This document shows, one piece after another, positions 40,500 to 54,536 of a DNA stretch of 64,000 nt. Position 1 is the first letter of the stretch. Every line of letters starts with the position of its first letter. The notes under the pieces were generated by a model. That model saw only the letters and a list, made by a program, of their open reading frames with translations. It was not told the origin of the DNA and ran no database searches. The stretch is taken from assembly GCF_006345805.1 (NCBI RefSeq), contig NC_043003.1, positions 109,554,001 through 109,618,000 of the forward strand. Direction: 5' to 3'. The position numbers and the translations under genes are program-made. The stretch comes from Octopus sinensis. Taxonomy: Eukaryota.

Positions 40500-40645
40500 A
40501 TATAATTTATTTTATTGAAGCTGAAAGGACTTCACGGACTGATACTCAGTGTTTCAAGTAACAGCTCATCAGACAGCCAAGTGTATCAAGAAGAATACTG
40601 TAGTTAGATCGCTCTACTTACCTTCCTAAATCTTCTCTCGCTCAT
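40500..40645 (-). mobile_element. Retroelement 3' tail (Penelope pLTR-like) with hammerhead-like core and AATAAA
   Basis: Homologous to 42800-42910 (+); ctgatga-N10-gaaac followed about 35 nt later by caataaaa. Confidence 0.55.
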
Positions 40646-40649
40646 ATAG

Positions 40650-40885
40650 ACTGATCTATCTGTTTAGACTAAGTCCATTTACCCAACCCTGTTTTCATCA
40701 CTATCAAACCTCTTTTTGGACAAGTTCTCTGGGGCGGAGCACTTCCCTGTCCACTCCCACTTTCCTTTCCAAGTGGAACAAAGAAAAAGTCAATGAGGGC
40801 GTAATCGAAACGGGAGGTGACCATCCTCAATCCCTTCAGTCTCGTCTACCACACAGCCTTTTTCACCTGTTTGCTTCGAGGGTGA
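40650..40885 (-). mobile_element. L1/Tx1 LINE fragment, copy 4
   Basis: Minus strand gtagacgagactgaaggga...ctcattgactttttc...cacttggaaaggaaagtgggagtggacaggg is homologous to the TRLKG/LIDFF/HLKGKVRVER block. Confidence 0.8.
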
Positions 40886-41169
40886 TGGAATAAGAAATTA
40901 CAAAAATACAAGGGTGGTTATAGAAAATCGATTGTTGGAGTAAATAGAAAACAGGTATGGAAAATAACAGTAATAATAAGAGATGGAATGAGAGGTTTCA
41001 TTAAGGGAACAGGTACTTAGGGCTAGTCAAGGAATTCCACAGATTCAAGAGCATTCTGATTACCTGGTACTCGTGCCTTCACGCAATAGCTGTTGCGTTC
41101 TTTAGTCAGCTGATGCATGCTGAGAGCTACCAACAACTTTCATAACAATGATAACGTCTACGATGACGA

Positions 41170-41700
41170 CGACTACCACCACAACCACCACCAACACCAC
41201 AAGTATCAGCAGCAGCAGCAGTAGCAGCAACAACTACAACAGCAACTTCAAAACGACCCTATCAACAATAACAGTAATAGCACTAGCATCATTATCATAA
41301 CCACAACTACCACCACACCTCCACCACCATCGCCACCACCGTCGCCACCACCACCACCACCATCACCATCACCACCACCACAACCACCACCACCACCACC
41401 ACCACCACCACCACCATCACTACCACGATCGCCATCACCATCGCCCCTCACCTCCACCACCATCGCCACCACCGTCGCCACCACCACCACCACCACCACC
41501 ACCATCACCATCACCACCACCACCACCACCACCACCATCACCATCACCACCACCACACCACCACCACCACCACCACCACCACCACCACCACCATCACTAC
41601 CACGATCGCCATCACCATCGCCACCTCACCTCCACCACCATCGCCACCACCGTCGCCATCAGCACAGCTCCACTACCATCGCCACCCCCCCCACCACCAC
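41170..41700. repeat. (ACC)n low-complexity tract with an internal about 70-bp duplication
   Basis: ccaccatcactaccacgatcgccatcaccatcgcc.ctcacctccaccaccatcgccaccaccgtcgcca occurs at about 41410 and 41587. Confidence 0.9.
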
Positions 41701-42430
41701 TTCAACAGAAAATACAGATATTAATGGAAGGAAAAGGATAAAAAAGGATGAAGATGTAGAAGAGTAAGCAAACACGATGGGGATGGCAGGGGCAGAAAAA
41801 GGCTCAGCATCAAGAGAAGTGACGAAAAAATCAAGCACACACACACACACACACACACACAGGCGCGCGCCCATATACGTACACATGCGCACACATACAC
41901 AAACACAGACATAAACACACATACACAAACACACTCACATACACTCACACACATACACACTCACACACACTCACGCACACATACACACACACACGCACTC
42001 TCACGCACAGACACCTACGTACGCGCGCACAAATACACACGCACTAACATAATGCCCCCCTACATACACGCACACTCACACACACCCACGTGTGCACGCA
42101 CATACGCACACACGAGCACTCACACATACACTCATACACACTCACTCACACATACACTCATACACACTCACTCACAAACACACTCACAGACATGCGCGTG
42201 GACATACGCACACACAGACACACATGCAAGCAGACACACACACACAAACACACACACATTCATTTACACACGTACCCAAACATACGCAAATAGAGAAGCA
42301 ATCGAGAAGCACTGAGGGGGAGTGAAATGCAATTTACCGTAAAAGTAATTATGCCAATCAATGGTTGGTTACTGGTCATGTGATGCATGGAGCTAGCTGC
42401 TGGTGTTGGTGTTGATAGTATTGATAGTGT

Positions 42431-42468
<38 letters not shown>

Positions 42469-42799
42469 AGTAATGTGATACTGAATCAAGGTTCATGTTA
42501 CACAGGTAATTTTATCCCCAAGCTACCTTACCTGATAACCTACCCATGTATCGCTCTACTTACCTTCCTACATCTCCTCTCGCACATAAGCACGCATGAA
42601 TATGTTTATATATATATGTGTATGTAGCGACACACATATACACATATGTAATCCCCACCGCCACCAATACGCACATATATATATATACACACAGATTCCT
42701 GTTATTCTGAATAGTGATAATGCCATTATCCAATCAGCTATAAATGATTATTCGATGAGTTAATATTACAAAAATAAAATTTGCTGCACCGTTTATAAA

Positions 42800-42910
42800 T
42801 ACTTATAAAGTACAGGATTGATTTAAACACTCCCGGCTGTCTGACGATCTGTCACTTGAAACACCGAACATCATTCTGTGAGGTCTTTTCAACTCCAATA
42901 AAATGAATTA
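42800..42910 (+). mobile_element. Retroelement 3' tail of the same family as 40500-40645, followed by (TATG)n
   Basis: ggctgtctgacgatctgtcacttgaaacacc...caataaaatgaattata. Confidence 0.55.
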
Positions 42911-43141
42911 TATAATGTATGTATGTATGTGTATGTATGTATGTATGTATGTATGTATGTATGTATGTATGTATGTATGTATGTATGTGTGTATGCATGT
43001 ATGTGTATGTATGTATGTGTGTATGTATGTATGTGTATGTATATATTAGGAATTGAGTACAGTAAAAGGACAAAACGAGGACAAGTTTTAGCAAAAGATG
43101 TTTAGTGCTTAAGTGGCTATATGTGTGTGTGTGTATATATA

Positions 43142-43232
<91 letters not shown>

Positions 43233-43240
43233 CTTTATAC

Positions 43241-43312
<72 letters not shown>

Positions 43313-43380
43313 GTGTGTGTGTATATATATGTGTTTGTGTATATATGTATATATCTTTCTTTTTCTCTGTCTGTATGTAT

Positions 43381-43444
<64 letters not shown>

Positions 43445-44019
43445 CACTTACACACACACATATACAGAAACAGATACTTATTCAGTAACTAGACACGAAT
43501 ACTACGAAGCACATATTAATTAGTCTATTGGTGGTGTTTATTAACTGAGAGTGTTCTGGAGCAAACTGGAAATTAACTGAAGCCATGATAAAAAAATATA
43601 CCATATAAATAAAGGGCAATAATAAATTATACTCATATAAAAAAACCCCACATATTTTGTAATACTTTACGTTAGCTATGTCTGTATGGATGTATTTATG
43701 TACGCATGTATGGATGTACGCATGTATGTATGTATCCATGTACTCCCACACACACGAGCGCGCAAACACACACATGCTAACACACGTGCACATATATTAT
43801 AATGCTATTACTTTTCACCTTTCTGTTACATACACATTACTATATGTTAGTTTGGAAAGAAACTTCTGTCGCAAAGAAACATGCTTCTTCGTCCTTAATT
43901 GATCTGGTTAATCAAGATAACATTTCTTTTCATTATTGACAACATAATGTTATCTGTTTCTGACTTTAAAGTTCTTCAAGATTCGAAGCAAAGAAACAAT
44001 ATCATTTTTACCCCCTCCT

Positions 44020-44620
44020 TAAATTTATATACTGTTTCCTTATAAATAAGGCCGCAATGATTTGAAAAGATGATAGTCAGATGGTGCTAGGTCGGGAGAA
44101 TACGGAGAATAAGGTACAATTCCAATACCTAGTGCGATAATCTGTACCTGAGTAATTTGGGCAATATTTGGTCTTGCTCTATTGTGTAAGAATAACGCCC
44201 TTGATCAATGATGGTACATTTTCTGCAAATTTTTGTGCAATGCTTGCAATTGGCGACAGTACTCTCCGCTCTCGTGATACGCGATGCCCTTCATATCCCA
44301 CCAAACACAAAGCATGACTTTTGTGAGGGCGCAGCCTTGTTTTGAAGATGGATTCTATTTTTTCGTTTGGTGCTAACTATTGACATTTTTGTTGGACAAG
44401 GCTATAGAAAATCTATAAATCGTTACTCGTGATGTTTCTACTTAGGAAAATTTGGTAGTAAGTCTATACTTTAATGACTTAGATCAAGCTGAGAAGAAGT
44501 CTGATGCGGAAAGGAGTCACCGACAAAGATTACGTTGATACTTTTCCTCGTTCATGAAGGTGCTTTATGATTGATAAGTGATTTGAAGAGAACTGTTTTG
44601 CTAATTATCCTGCTGTTTGC
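44020..44620 (-). mobile_element. Degenerate mariner transposase fragment (Mos1-like)
   Basis: Minus strand QKVMLCVWWDMKGI and PYSPYSPDLAPSDYHLFKSL (canonical mariner YSPDLAP motif). Confidence 0.9.
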
Positions 44621-44925
44621 TTCCGATTTTTATAACTACGGTTTTCAGAATCTCAATATTGAGATAACTTGATTGTACTGAGCGAGAGTAATCAGGGAGA
44701 GGAAAGAAATTCAGAAGAAACTGACCAAGATATCTTCATTTCCATAGACAGAATAAATATCTCTTGCCGTTTCCATTGCTGATGAGCTCTTATGAATTCA
44801 TACAGTATCAGTGTACGATATAGGCCTGATCTACTTCAAAAGAGTAAAATCGATGCAAATTGAACTACGAGGGTATAAATTAGTCTTCAAAGAAAGAAAA
44901 CTACTCGAGAATGTAAATATTGTCT

Positions 44926-45002
<77 letters not shown>

Positions 45003-45056
45003 ACCAATATCATTTCGGAGTATAACATTAGCAGCTGTCCTGGTTTGCATGTGTTT

Positions 45057-45107
<51 letters not shown>

Positions 45108-45599
45108 TATGCATGTATATCTATATTCAGATTCAAAGTACTTCGAGTGGACCAAAGAATAAAGGTCCTTCTGTAATGAGGTACAGTTATCCCGGTACAG
45201 ACCTGTAAGAAGACGCCAAATTGTTTTTCTGCTTACTTAAAAAGACAATATGTTTTTACACCATGTCAACCTTCACACCTAAGGTCTTCAATGAATAACC
45301 GTAAAGTTATCTATAGCGTACACATATCTTCATTTACAAGATATATTACACAATATACTCATTTATTTCTTTATTATTAGTTTGGACTACGTCATAAGAC
45401 ATTATTATATGGCTTTGGACACGAATGTCTTTCCCAATCACGAATGAATCTTCCTGACTGAAGTTTTAGCATTTGATATTGGTGTACGAATTGTGGGGCT
45501 TTTCATCTCAGAGTAGAAAGGTAATAAAGTCGAGTCGAAATACTTTTAGAAAAAGAAGATTAAGTAACTGCGCTAAATTTAACGTTCGTCAGCCGCACT

Positions 45600-46560
45600 T
45601 TTATCGCCGTCATCGCCCCCAAAACCACCACCAACACTAGCAGCAGCACCAGCACCAGCACCACCACCACCGCCACCACCAGCACCAGCACCACCAGCAC
45701 CAGCACCACCACCACCACCAGCAGCATCTGCACTACAACCACAACCACCGCTACTATACTAATACTAGTAAAATATAACGGATGTTGTTGTTGTTGCTGT
45801 TGGTGTGGGTGGTGGTGGTGGTGGTGTGGTGGTGGTGATGATGATGCTGATGCTGATGCTGATGTCCTACTCTCCTACACGTAACACGTGTGAGAATACA
45901 GGCACTGCTTGTTACTATTTCAATATCTCGAACAACAATGAGGAGGATGAGGGGAGTCGGAGTTGGAACTGATAATGATGGCGGCGGAGTTGCGAGATGG
46001 AGAGTTAGATAATAAATGTACTGGTGGCGGTGGTAGTGCTGTTGTTGTTGTTGTTGGTGGTGGTGGCAGTATTGGTGGCGGTGGTAGTGCTGTTGTTGTT
46101 GTTGGTGGTAGTGGGAGTGGTGGTTGGTGGAGGTGGCGGTATTGGTGGCGGTGATGGAACTGCTTAAATGTGTTGCTGTGCTAGTGGTGATGGTAGTAGT
46201 GTTGTCGTTGCGGTTGTTGTTGTTGTTGTTGGTGGTGGTAGTGTTGTTGTTACAGTTGTGGTAGCGGTGTTGGTGGTGGTGGTGACAGTGGAGGTGTTGT
46301 TGGTGGTGGCGGTATTGGTGGTGGTGATGCTGGTGGTGGCCGCGGTGATGACTCTGGGAATGATTATGACGATGATGATAATGATGACAACGACGACGAT
46401 GGCGGTAGTGGTGGTGGTGGTGGCGATGGTGTGGCGATGACGATGCTAAAGTTCCAATAGTAGTGGTGGTGGGGTTGGTTGTGGTGGTGAACTACTGTGG
46501 ATTGAACTCAGAATTTGGGGGCAGAGGATGGTAGTGGTGACGGTTGTTGTTGCTGTTGTT
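45600..46560. repeat. (ACC/AGC/GGT/GTT)n low-complexity trinucleotide tracts
   Basis: Directly visible. Confidence 0.9.
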
Positions 46561-46732
46561 GTTATTATTTATGTCAGTCTCGTCATTCCAACCGTGGTCG
46601 ATTTTTCCTTTAGGGTACCAAATGCTTCCTTGCCTTAATTAAAATTAGTAACGTATAGTTTAGTAGCTTTTTCTAACAGGTCAGTCAACCACACAGAGGT
46701 TCCAAAACTGATGGTAAATTTGCCGTTGTTGC

Positions 46733-47113
46733 TTTGTTTGTTTGTTTGTTAGTGTGAAGCGGTCTTCGTCCCTAGTGGGAGAGGTCCGAAACGTGGTCCT
46801 TTGCTATTCGTAAGGCCCACAGAAGAGACAGCAGGTCAACCCCTGACGCCGAGAGCATCGATGGATGGATGAATGTGTATCCAGGCTCTCAGCGCTTGCA
46901 TAGGAAGTTGGGGACAGGAAACAGGAAGAAAGAGTGAGAGAAAGTTGGGGCGAAAGAGTACAACAGGGGGTCGCCACCACCCCCTGCCGGAGCCTCGTGG
47001 AGCTTTAGGTGCTTTTGCTCAATAAACACTCACAACACCCGGTCTGGGAATCGAAACCGCGATCCTCCGACCGCGAGTCCGCTGCCCTAACCACTGGGCC
47101 ATTGCGCCTCCAC
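46733..47113 (-). mobile_element. Well-preserved tRNA-derived SINE (family E) with (AAAC)n tail
   Basis: Head gtggaggcgcaatggcccagtggttagggcagcgg (A box), ggtttcgattccc (B box), unique body, aacaaacaaac tail. Confidence 0.9.
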
Positions 47114-47443
47114 TTGCCGTTGTTACTATTGCTGTTGGTGATGCTGATGATGGTGGTGGTGGTGATGATGACGATGATGATGAGGATGCGGAGGAGGGGG
47201 TTTATGACGTATAAAGGTGTGTATCAACGATACAGTGAATGGAATTGGAAGAGAAGGTACGCGTCCGGTTGTTTATTTAAGTCTTCGGGTATAACATATA
47301 CATCGCTAACAATGTGTGTGTGTGTGTGCGTGCCCCAGCATGGCCACAGTCAAATGATTGAAACAAGTAAAAGAATGAAAGAATATGTGTATGTGTGAAT
47401 ATGCACATCTATCCCTCTGTCTATGCTAGAGATACCCGCATGC

Positions 47444-47506
<63 letters not shown>

Positions 47507-47519
47507 GAGAACAAAGTGT

Positions 47520-47881
47520 ACGTACGCCGCTGTATATATATATACATATATATGATGAATACAAAATAGGACAAGAACGCAAAACATCCGGACAACTAGG
47601 TGATACAGAAAGGGACAACAAAACATCCAGATAGACGATACAAAACACACGGACGTGTCAAAAAACACGGACGGGTTATCTTCAGTCAAGAACCGGATCA
47701 TCCTCGCAATTTCGGCTGATTAATTTTGAGATTGCTCCAATCTGGCCAGCCCCAAGGAAAAATTAAGCTAAGAGCATTAGATTCCTTGGGAAAGAGCATC
47801 AAATGTATACGAAACAAGAACGGTTGTTACACGAAAATAAATACAAAATTAATACAAAACAAAACAATAATAATAATAACA

Positions 47882-47964
<83 letters not shown>

Positions 47965-48060
47965 TTATTTTATAGAATCTATAAAATAAATTAAATTAAT
48001 AAATTAATTTACTCTGCTATGTATTGAGTACCTTATTTACTGTGGTTAACCCTGACTCAA
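47520..48060. repeat. Interspersed non-autonomous repeat, probably Penelope-derived
   Basis: cttcagtcaagaaccggatcatcctcgcaatttcggctgattaa...ccccaaggaaaaattaagctaagagcattagattcc recognised as a recurrent cephalopod repeat; not verified by search. Confidence 0.45.
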
Positions 48061-49110
48061 CCCGGGACCTACATATATATATATTTATATAGACACGCAA
48101 TCATATATTTCACGCAGTTTACCACGTACACATAAATGCACACATACACACATACAGACAAGCATACATGCACGCACACAAACATACATACACACATACA
48201 TAAATGCGCACTCATACACGCGCACACACACATATACCCACACATACACACGCATACACAAATGCATGCACACACATACACGTCACACACACATAGACGC
48301 GCACACACACATACACATACACACCGACAGACACATAGATACTCCTATGGATACATACATCAACGTAAATTTATACATAGACACATTATTATTCATGAGG
48401 ACATACACACACTCACACTGGCCCACTCAAGCTCACCCTCGCTCACTCAAACCCACGCACAAACACGTACACGAACTTAGATACATGCACGTGGTTGACG
48501 TATACACTCCACCTGTCACTCGCGTGCTCACGATCGCTTATGTTAACCGGCCCAAATCAACGATTCTTATTTCGCTTCTATCTAACACGGTCTCTTAGGG
48601 GTTCAGTTTGTCGACATTCTTTGCATGGGATCGCTGGTAGTTTTTCAGCAATGATGGCCAGTTTTGTCTTTCTCACCTGCTGTCTTAATTATGATCACAA
48701 AGAGACAGACAAATAGACAGACAGTCACACGACAGTCACACGATAGTCAGCCGTCATGCGTGAATGACTACACCATGGTAACATGTGCTATGCTTTCAGT
48801 AATTGTTGAAGGTATCCATGTAGTCGCAAGCAGATACTCTCCCGGACTTTTAGCCCATTGGGACATCCAAGATGTGACATCTAAGGAGAGTGAGCTGCAT
48901 GAGCCCTAGATTGCAACTCATTTCCAGAACAATAAATTGGAGCGTCTAATTGAATGTGTAGAAACACTTGATTGCGTACACGCATGCGTACACATGCGTT
49001 TGCTCTAGGACACAACACGTCACCCAGTCTTGGAACAATCTAGGAACGCACTTATGAACACATACAGAGACGTGTTCACCAATGTTATTAGGTGTATTCA
49101 CATGTATATA

Positions 49111-49335
49111 CGAGGGGTGTATGAAAAGTTTTGAGCCTAACCTAGAAATGGGTCTGATATATTGCTGAAACAATTTTTTTCTGCTAAGTACAGTCTTTTC
49201 GGGGTATTCTTGCTCTTTTTCATGATTCTGATTTAAAAAATGTTTTTGTTACATATTTTTGAATAAACAAGTGTCTAGGTTACAAGGAAAATTGAGAAAA
49301 CTGAGTATCGTGCTGTCATAAAGTACCTTAAATTG
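49111..49335 (+). mobile_element. Mariner 5' end fragment
   Basis: TA|cgaggggtgtatgaaaagttttgagcc TIR, then EKTEYRAVIKYL (mariner N-terminus); truncated by a SINE head at about 49340-49420. Confidence 0.8.
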
Positions 49336-50222
49336 ATGCGTATATACACCATCCAGTCTAGGAACTGAACCCACGATATTACGAACGTGAGCCGAACAAT
49401 GCCCTACCCACTAGGACACGTTCCTTCATATATCTGGTTGCCAAATCAGTTTGTTCGTTTCTTTGTAATGTCATTTGGATTAACACGAAACATTTTTATC
49501 GCAGTGCTTTATATAATTTGTTTTTGCTGATCTGTTTTTAATCTAGATAACTTTTGTTTATCGTTATTGAAATTTGAACAAATTTTTATCTCTTTTCAGA
49601 CACATGACGACGGAGCGCTAAGGGGAAAAAGGTGATCATTTTCTACACCTGCTTCGCTTTGATTTCAATCAAGTTTGCAAAGCTGCTAACTTCCTTCGAG
49701 ACAGTTGTGCTGTTTACAGTGAAGGCGCTATTATTTGAAACACCCCCACCACACACACACAACAATGGTCTTTCACACTTTAAGGAAGGAAAATTCGATC
49801 TCACAAACTTACAAACAGTTCTGGTCGATCTGTTCAATCCAATGAGGATTAATTGAACGGGTTCACTCACAAGGATCCGCGCCAAGCCACTAGTGGACTG
49901 GCCCAGCAGATGCGATGCTCTCATGATGCCGTCGCGTGTCATCTTTACTCGATGGGTCCCAAAGCTCGGTGCGTTGGTGCCACGCGCTCTGAAGGAAAGC
50001 TACACATAAATGGATAAAGAAAAGAAAGGCAAACGAACGAATTTTTCTGACATGTGTGTGTATTTGTGTATGTGTCTGTACGTGCAAGCGCGCGACATTA
50101 TCGCTCTGACAATCGAATGTTTGTTATAAACCGCTGGTCACAATGCGCTTCCTCGTATTGTTTTTGATTTCGAATGATCTCACGCTTATCGAGTAGGGCC
50201 AATACATACACACACACATAAT

Positions 50223-50257
<35 letters not shown>

Positions 50258-50264
50258 CATATAT

Positions 50265-50933
50265 AGGCGTGGACTGTGTGGTAAGAAGCTTGCTTCCTAG
50301 CTACATGGTCCCGAGATCACTCCCATTGTGTGGCAACTTGAGCAACTGCCTTCTAGTACGACTTCAAGTCGGCCGAAGTCATGTGAGTGGATCTGGTACA
50401 CGGAAGCTGAAAGAAGCCCGTCGTATCTATATTATCTATAAATGTGTGTGTGTACGTGTGTGTGTGTGTCTTTGTGTTTGTGTTTGTCCCTCCATCACCG
50501 TAAGATTAGCGGTTTGGTAGAAGAGACCGATAGAATAAGAACTAGCCTTAAAAATAAGACTTCGGGGCGATTTATTTGATTAAAACCCTTCGAGGCGGTG
50601 CCACTGCGTGGAATCTTGGCATGTGTCTTCTATTATAGTCTCGGGCCGACCGAAGCCTTGGGAGTAGATTTGGTAGTCGGAAACTGAAAGAATCCCATCA
50701 TATATATATATATATATGTATGTATGTTGTGCGTCTGTGTTTATCACCCCAACATCTCTTGACAACCGATGCTGGTGTGTTTACCTCTCCGCAACTTAAC
50801 GGTTCGGCAAAAGAGACCGATAGAATAAGTTCTGGGCTTATAAAAGAATAAGTCCTGGGATCGATTTGCTCGACTAAAGGCGGTGCTCCAGCATGGCCGC
50901 AGTCAAATGACTATAACGAAAAAAAGAATAAAA

Positions 50934-50935
<2 letters not shown>
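50265..50935 (+). mobile_element. Head-to-tail dimer of SINE family B
   Basis: Copy 1 at 50265-50600 joined to a 5'-truncated copy 2 starting ccactgcgtgg at about 50601. Confidence 0.85.
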
Positions 50936-50967
<32 letters not shown>

Positions 50968-51055
50968 ATAATACATAGGGTAATAAAAAATTATTATTAC
51001 CAGTGGCCTAGCACAAAATACGAATTAATCATTAGACTATATACTATTCATATAG

Positions 51056-51240
51056 AAATACAATAAAAGGATTCCAAATAGGAAAGCGTTGTGCTAGAAA
51101 GAGCAGTAGAAATCTCAAAAACCACACAAAAAGGATAAATTCTCGAAAGGAATGAAAATTAAAAACGTTTGTGGTTTTTGAGATTTCTACTACTCTTTCT
51201 AGCACAACGCTTTCCTATTTGGAAGCCTCTTATTGTATTT
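51056..51240. repeat. Long inverted repeat/hairpin with 71-bp arms and 43-nt loop
   Basis: 51056-51126 matches the reverse complement of 51170-51240 at 68/71 positions. Confidence 0.93.
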
Positions 51241-51633
51241 AGATATATATATATCTATGTATATATATATATCATTTAATATACACAATCTAAAAAGATA
51301 ATAGTATCATGCTGTAGAGATACAATAAATTGGCCGATTTATTATAACATGCCATGTATCACCAAGTAATCTTTCAGGATCAGTGCATACTGTTAGACAT
51401 GTATGAAAAAAATGCTGCTCTATGAGAAAACATGCGCGCGCGCGCGTGTGTATGTGTGTGTGTGTGAGACTAGATGTGTAAAGTGTTAGGAAGAGTTTGA
51501 GCACTCGTGCATTATGAATGACTTTGTGTGTGTATATGTATGCGTGTGTGTGTGTGTGTAATTCAAAAGCATATCGTGAAAGAGTGGAAGAGTTGTCGTG
51601 AGTTACTGTACATGTATCAGCTGGAAGCGATAC

Positions 51634-51747
51634 CAGCGTAAAATGCGTATTTCTTTGTAGGTGACATGTGTAAGTCAAAGAAGAATTGATGTTGAAAAAT
51701 ATTAAGTCTGAGAACGAAAATTGTGCAGTGAAAACTGTTGCTGGATC
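51634..51747 (-). CDS. Candidate internal exon of 114 bp; two frames open (DPATVFTAQFSFSDLIFFNINSSLTYTCHLQRNTHFTL or SSNSFHCTIFVLRLNIFQHQFFFDLHMSPTKKYAFYA)
   Basis: Very strong acceptor cccaccttttttctctcacag and moderate donor CTG|GTATCG. No homology recognised. Confidence 0.3.
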
Positions 51748-52253
51748 CTGTGAGAGAAAAAAGGTGGGAAAGAAAGTGTTAAAGACGAAGAGATTAAACA
51801 AGATAAGCTGAAACAAGAACCTGAAACTATATTTGAAAAACTAAAGCTTAGGGTTTATAAATGTCAAATGTTGAACTGATTGCAAGCCAGATATCTAGAT
51901 TAAATCTATCATAGTTTCAAAAATCTTTATTAAAAAACTCTACCCAAACAGAAGAACATGTTGAATGATACTGCTATAGTTCGACGTGAAAAGTGGCGAA
52001 ACTAAGTGAACTAGTGGCAGCCGATTGCAAAGATATTTAGCAAAATAATTTGAAAATAATGGTACACTAGTAGAAAGAAATTTAAAGAAAAGGACAATCA
52101 GAAAATTATCAGGCGTAGGTGTTCTAACAGAATTTTATATTGGAAGAGTATAAGGATATTAGACGAATCAAAATAGTGATCAACTACTATACTCCAATTC
52201 TCATCAAAATAAAAGCCGCTTGAAAGAACATTGCATGTGCGCACACACACAAA

Positions 52254-52291
<38 letters not shown>

Positions 52292-53798
52292 ATCTCACAC
52301 ACACACATGCACGCACACACACACATTCACACAAAAACACATGCATACGTGTAGTACAAAAATATAAAAAAAACATGGATCGAGGTAAAAAGATAACAAA
52401 GACTGACACTTAGGAAAATGGAAGAAGTCTTTAACGTTTCGAGGCTATGCTCTTTTACTAACACAAGCACGCAACACACACACGCACACACACACATACA
52501 CATACACACACATACAAGCAAACTCAGACACACACAGATGTATACAATGTACAGTGAGTATCTTAACCAGTTTATACAGGAACACTGAGCTACTAAAGAT
52601 ATGAAACCAGAACAAGATGATGTGGTAACAAAGAAAATATTGGGTTAATGGAGGGCTGTTTCTAAAGAATAAAGATGAAACAATAAAGAACCGCTGAAAG
52701 TTAGCTTTAGTGTGTCTGCTCTACGAGAAAGGGGTTCATAATATACTGTGTGAGCGAATTATCAAAATATTATGATTAACCAAAATCAAATATCGTAAAG
52801 CATTTGCCGACGCTCAAACGATTCTGCCAGTCCATCGTCCTTAACCGGATGATACTATTGAGAATGGCGAAGAAGTCTCATATGCTGACCAACCATTATT
52901 GAGTCCTCAAATCACGAAAGGCCAAGTAATATTCCGCTGCTTAGTTGTAATCATGAACATTGATATTTGGAAGCAATCTTGTGTCAAGACGCTGACTTAT
53001 TCAGTATCCACCATGACTGAAATAAGCCCTGAAAACACCATGGTACAATTCACTACCTCATGCTATAGATAAATATCGTTTGTGGGGACCGGGTCAAAAT
53101 TGTAAACAGTCAGGGGACTATTCAGATATCGAGTATATTAACCTAACACGTGCAGACTGTCATATTTCCTTTAGGTGTAGACCAAGGGCAGTGTATCTTT
53201 TTATGCGTATGAAAGTCAGATTAAAATAAATGTAATTTAATAAAGTTGTCAATTAAATAATAATTTATTGAACATATGAAAAAAATTTAATTACAGTTAT
53301 TGTGAAAATGTAATTAAAAATATTGAAGTAAGCAATAAAAATGTAAACTTATTCTTTAGAGATATTCTGGTGACAATTTAAGACCATCAATATAATTCAA
53401 TCTAATTGAAAGTAATACAATGAAATAAAAGTAATACAATGAAATAAAAGTAATACAATGAAGACTACGCACGTCTTATTGTGGTCAAGTGGTAAATCTT
53501 TAGATTGATGGACAAACTAACGATATTAGTACAGACCCATAGCAGTTTGTGTTCAAATCCCGCCGTGGTCAGTCTTGGCATTTATTCTTACAGGTTCGTT
53601 AAATAAAGTACTAATCCAGTGGTGGATATAACTCCCTCTCCATTTAGCTACCACACCCAGCGCACACTTGGTTCTTTCACTTGATCATTGGTGTGGTGTG
53701 GTGTGTGCGGCGATATGAGTCTTCTAGCGATTTTGTGGACATCTAAATCCAGTACTGAGTTCTCTACCTTAATAACTCAACATTCTTTATATTATATA

Positions 53799-53834
<36 letters not shown>

Positions 53835-54348
53835 ATATATAATATATATATAATATATATATATGTCAACTAAATGTGGTGGTCCTATAGAAGACGGTGT
53901 TACTGTTGTTTTTAGCCCCAGGAAGACATCTCCTCCAGCTGGCCAGCGACACTGTCCGATTAGTATTTGCTAGGAAGGTCATCGCTACCATCTCTAACCT
54001 TACGAGATACACACAGACCCGGGCTTCTGTGTGGTCACCCGTCTTCAGTGTGTTTAATCATTGGCTAGTGATAAAGAACCCATTCTACTCGCCAAATATT
54101 ATATCCTTTTTCTGACGACACACTCTCACTGATGTCATAACGAGAGAGATAAGTTATATTAATCTTTGAGCGAGAGATAAACAGTAACACTACGGAATCG
54201 TAAAATATATTTGTCAACACACATACACACATATATACACACACACACACACACATACACACACACACACATACACACACACAAACACACACACAAACAT
54301 GCATACACACACACGCACACACACACACACATATATGCATGCATATAT

Positions 54349-54536
54349 GCTGAAAAGTTCATGGCCAGAAGAGTGTCGCGAAGGGCCTAGTCGGAGGCCC
54401 AACCTTCAGAGTTCCTTTAAGAGGCTTAGAGAAAATGAAGGACCGCTGGGTGTGAATCGGAGAGGGGAATATTCTGAATAAAATTATAATTATCTGATCC
54501 TTCTGTACTTTCTTTTACAGGAACTTTTCAGCCCCG
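54349..54536. mobile_element. Mariner-family MITE
   Basis: gctgaaaagttc ... gaacttttcagccccg|TA; TIR core shared with the 32205-33479 mariner; no coding capacity. Confidence 0.75.

Noticed and set aside
47040-47113. tRNA-like sequence with A and B boxes (also heads at 12135, 14167, 17403, 55690)
   Set aside because: No acceptor-stem pairing, and each continues into a SINE body, so these are SINE heads rather than tRNA genes.
47660-47760. ctgaaga and ccgaaa motifs on the minus strand as a hammerhead
   Set aside because: The motif order and stems do not give a valid type I, II or III fold.
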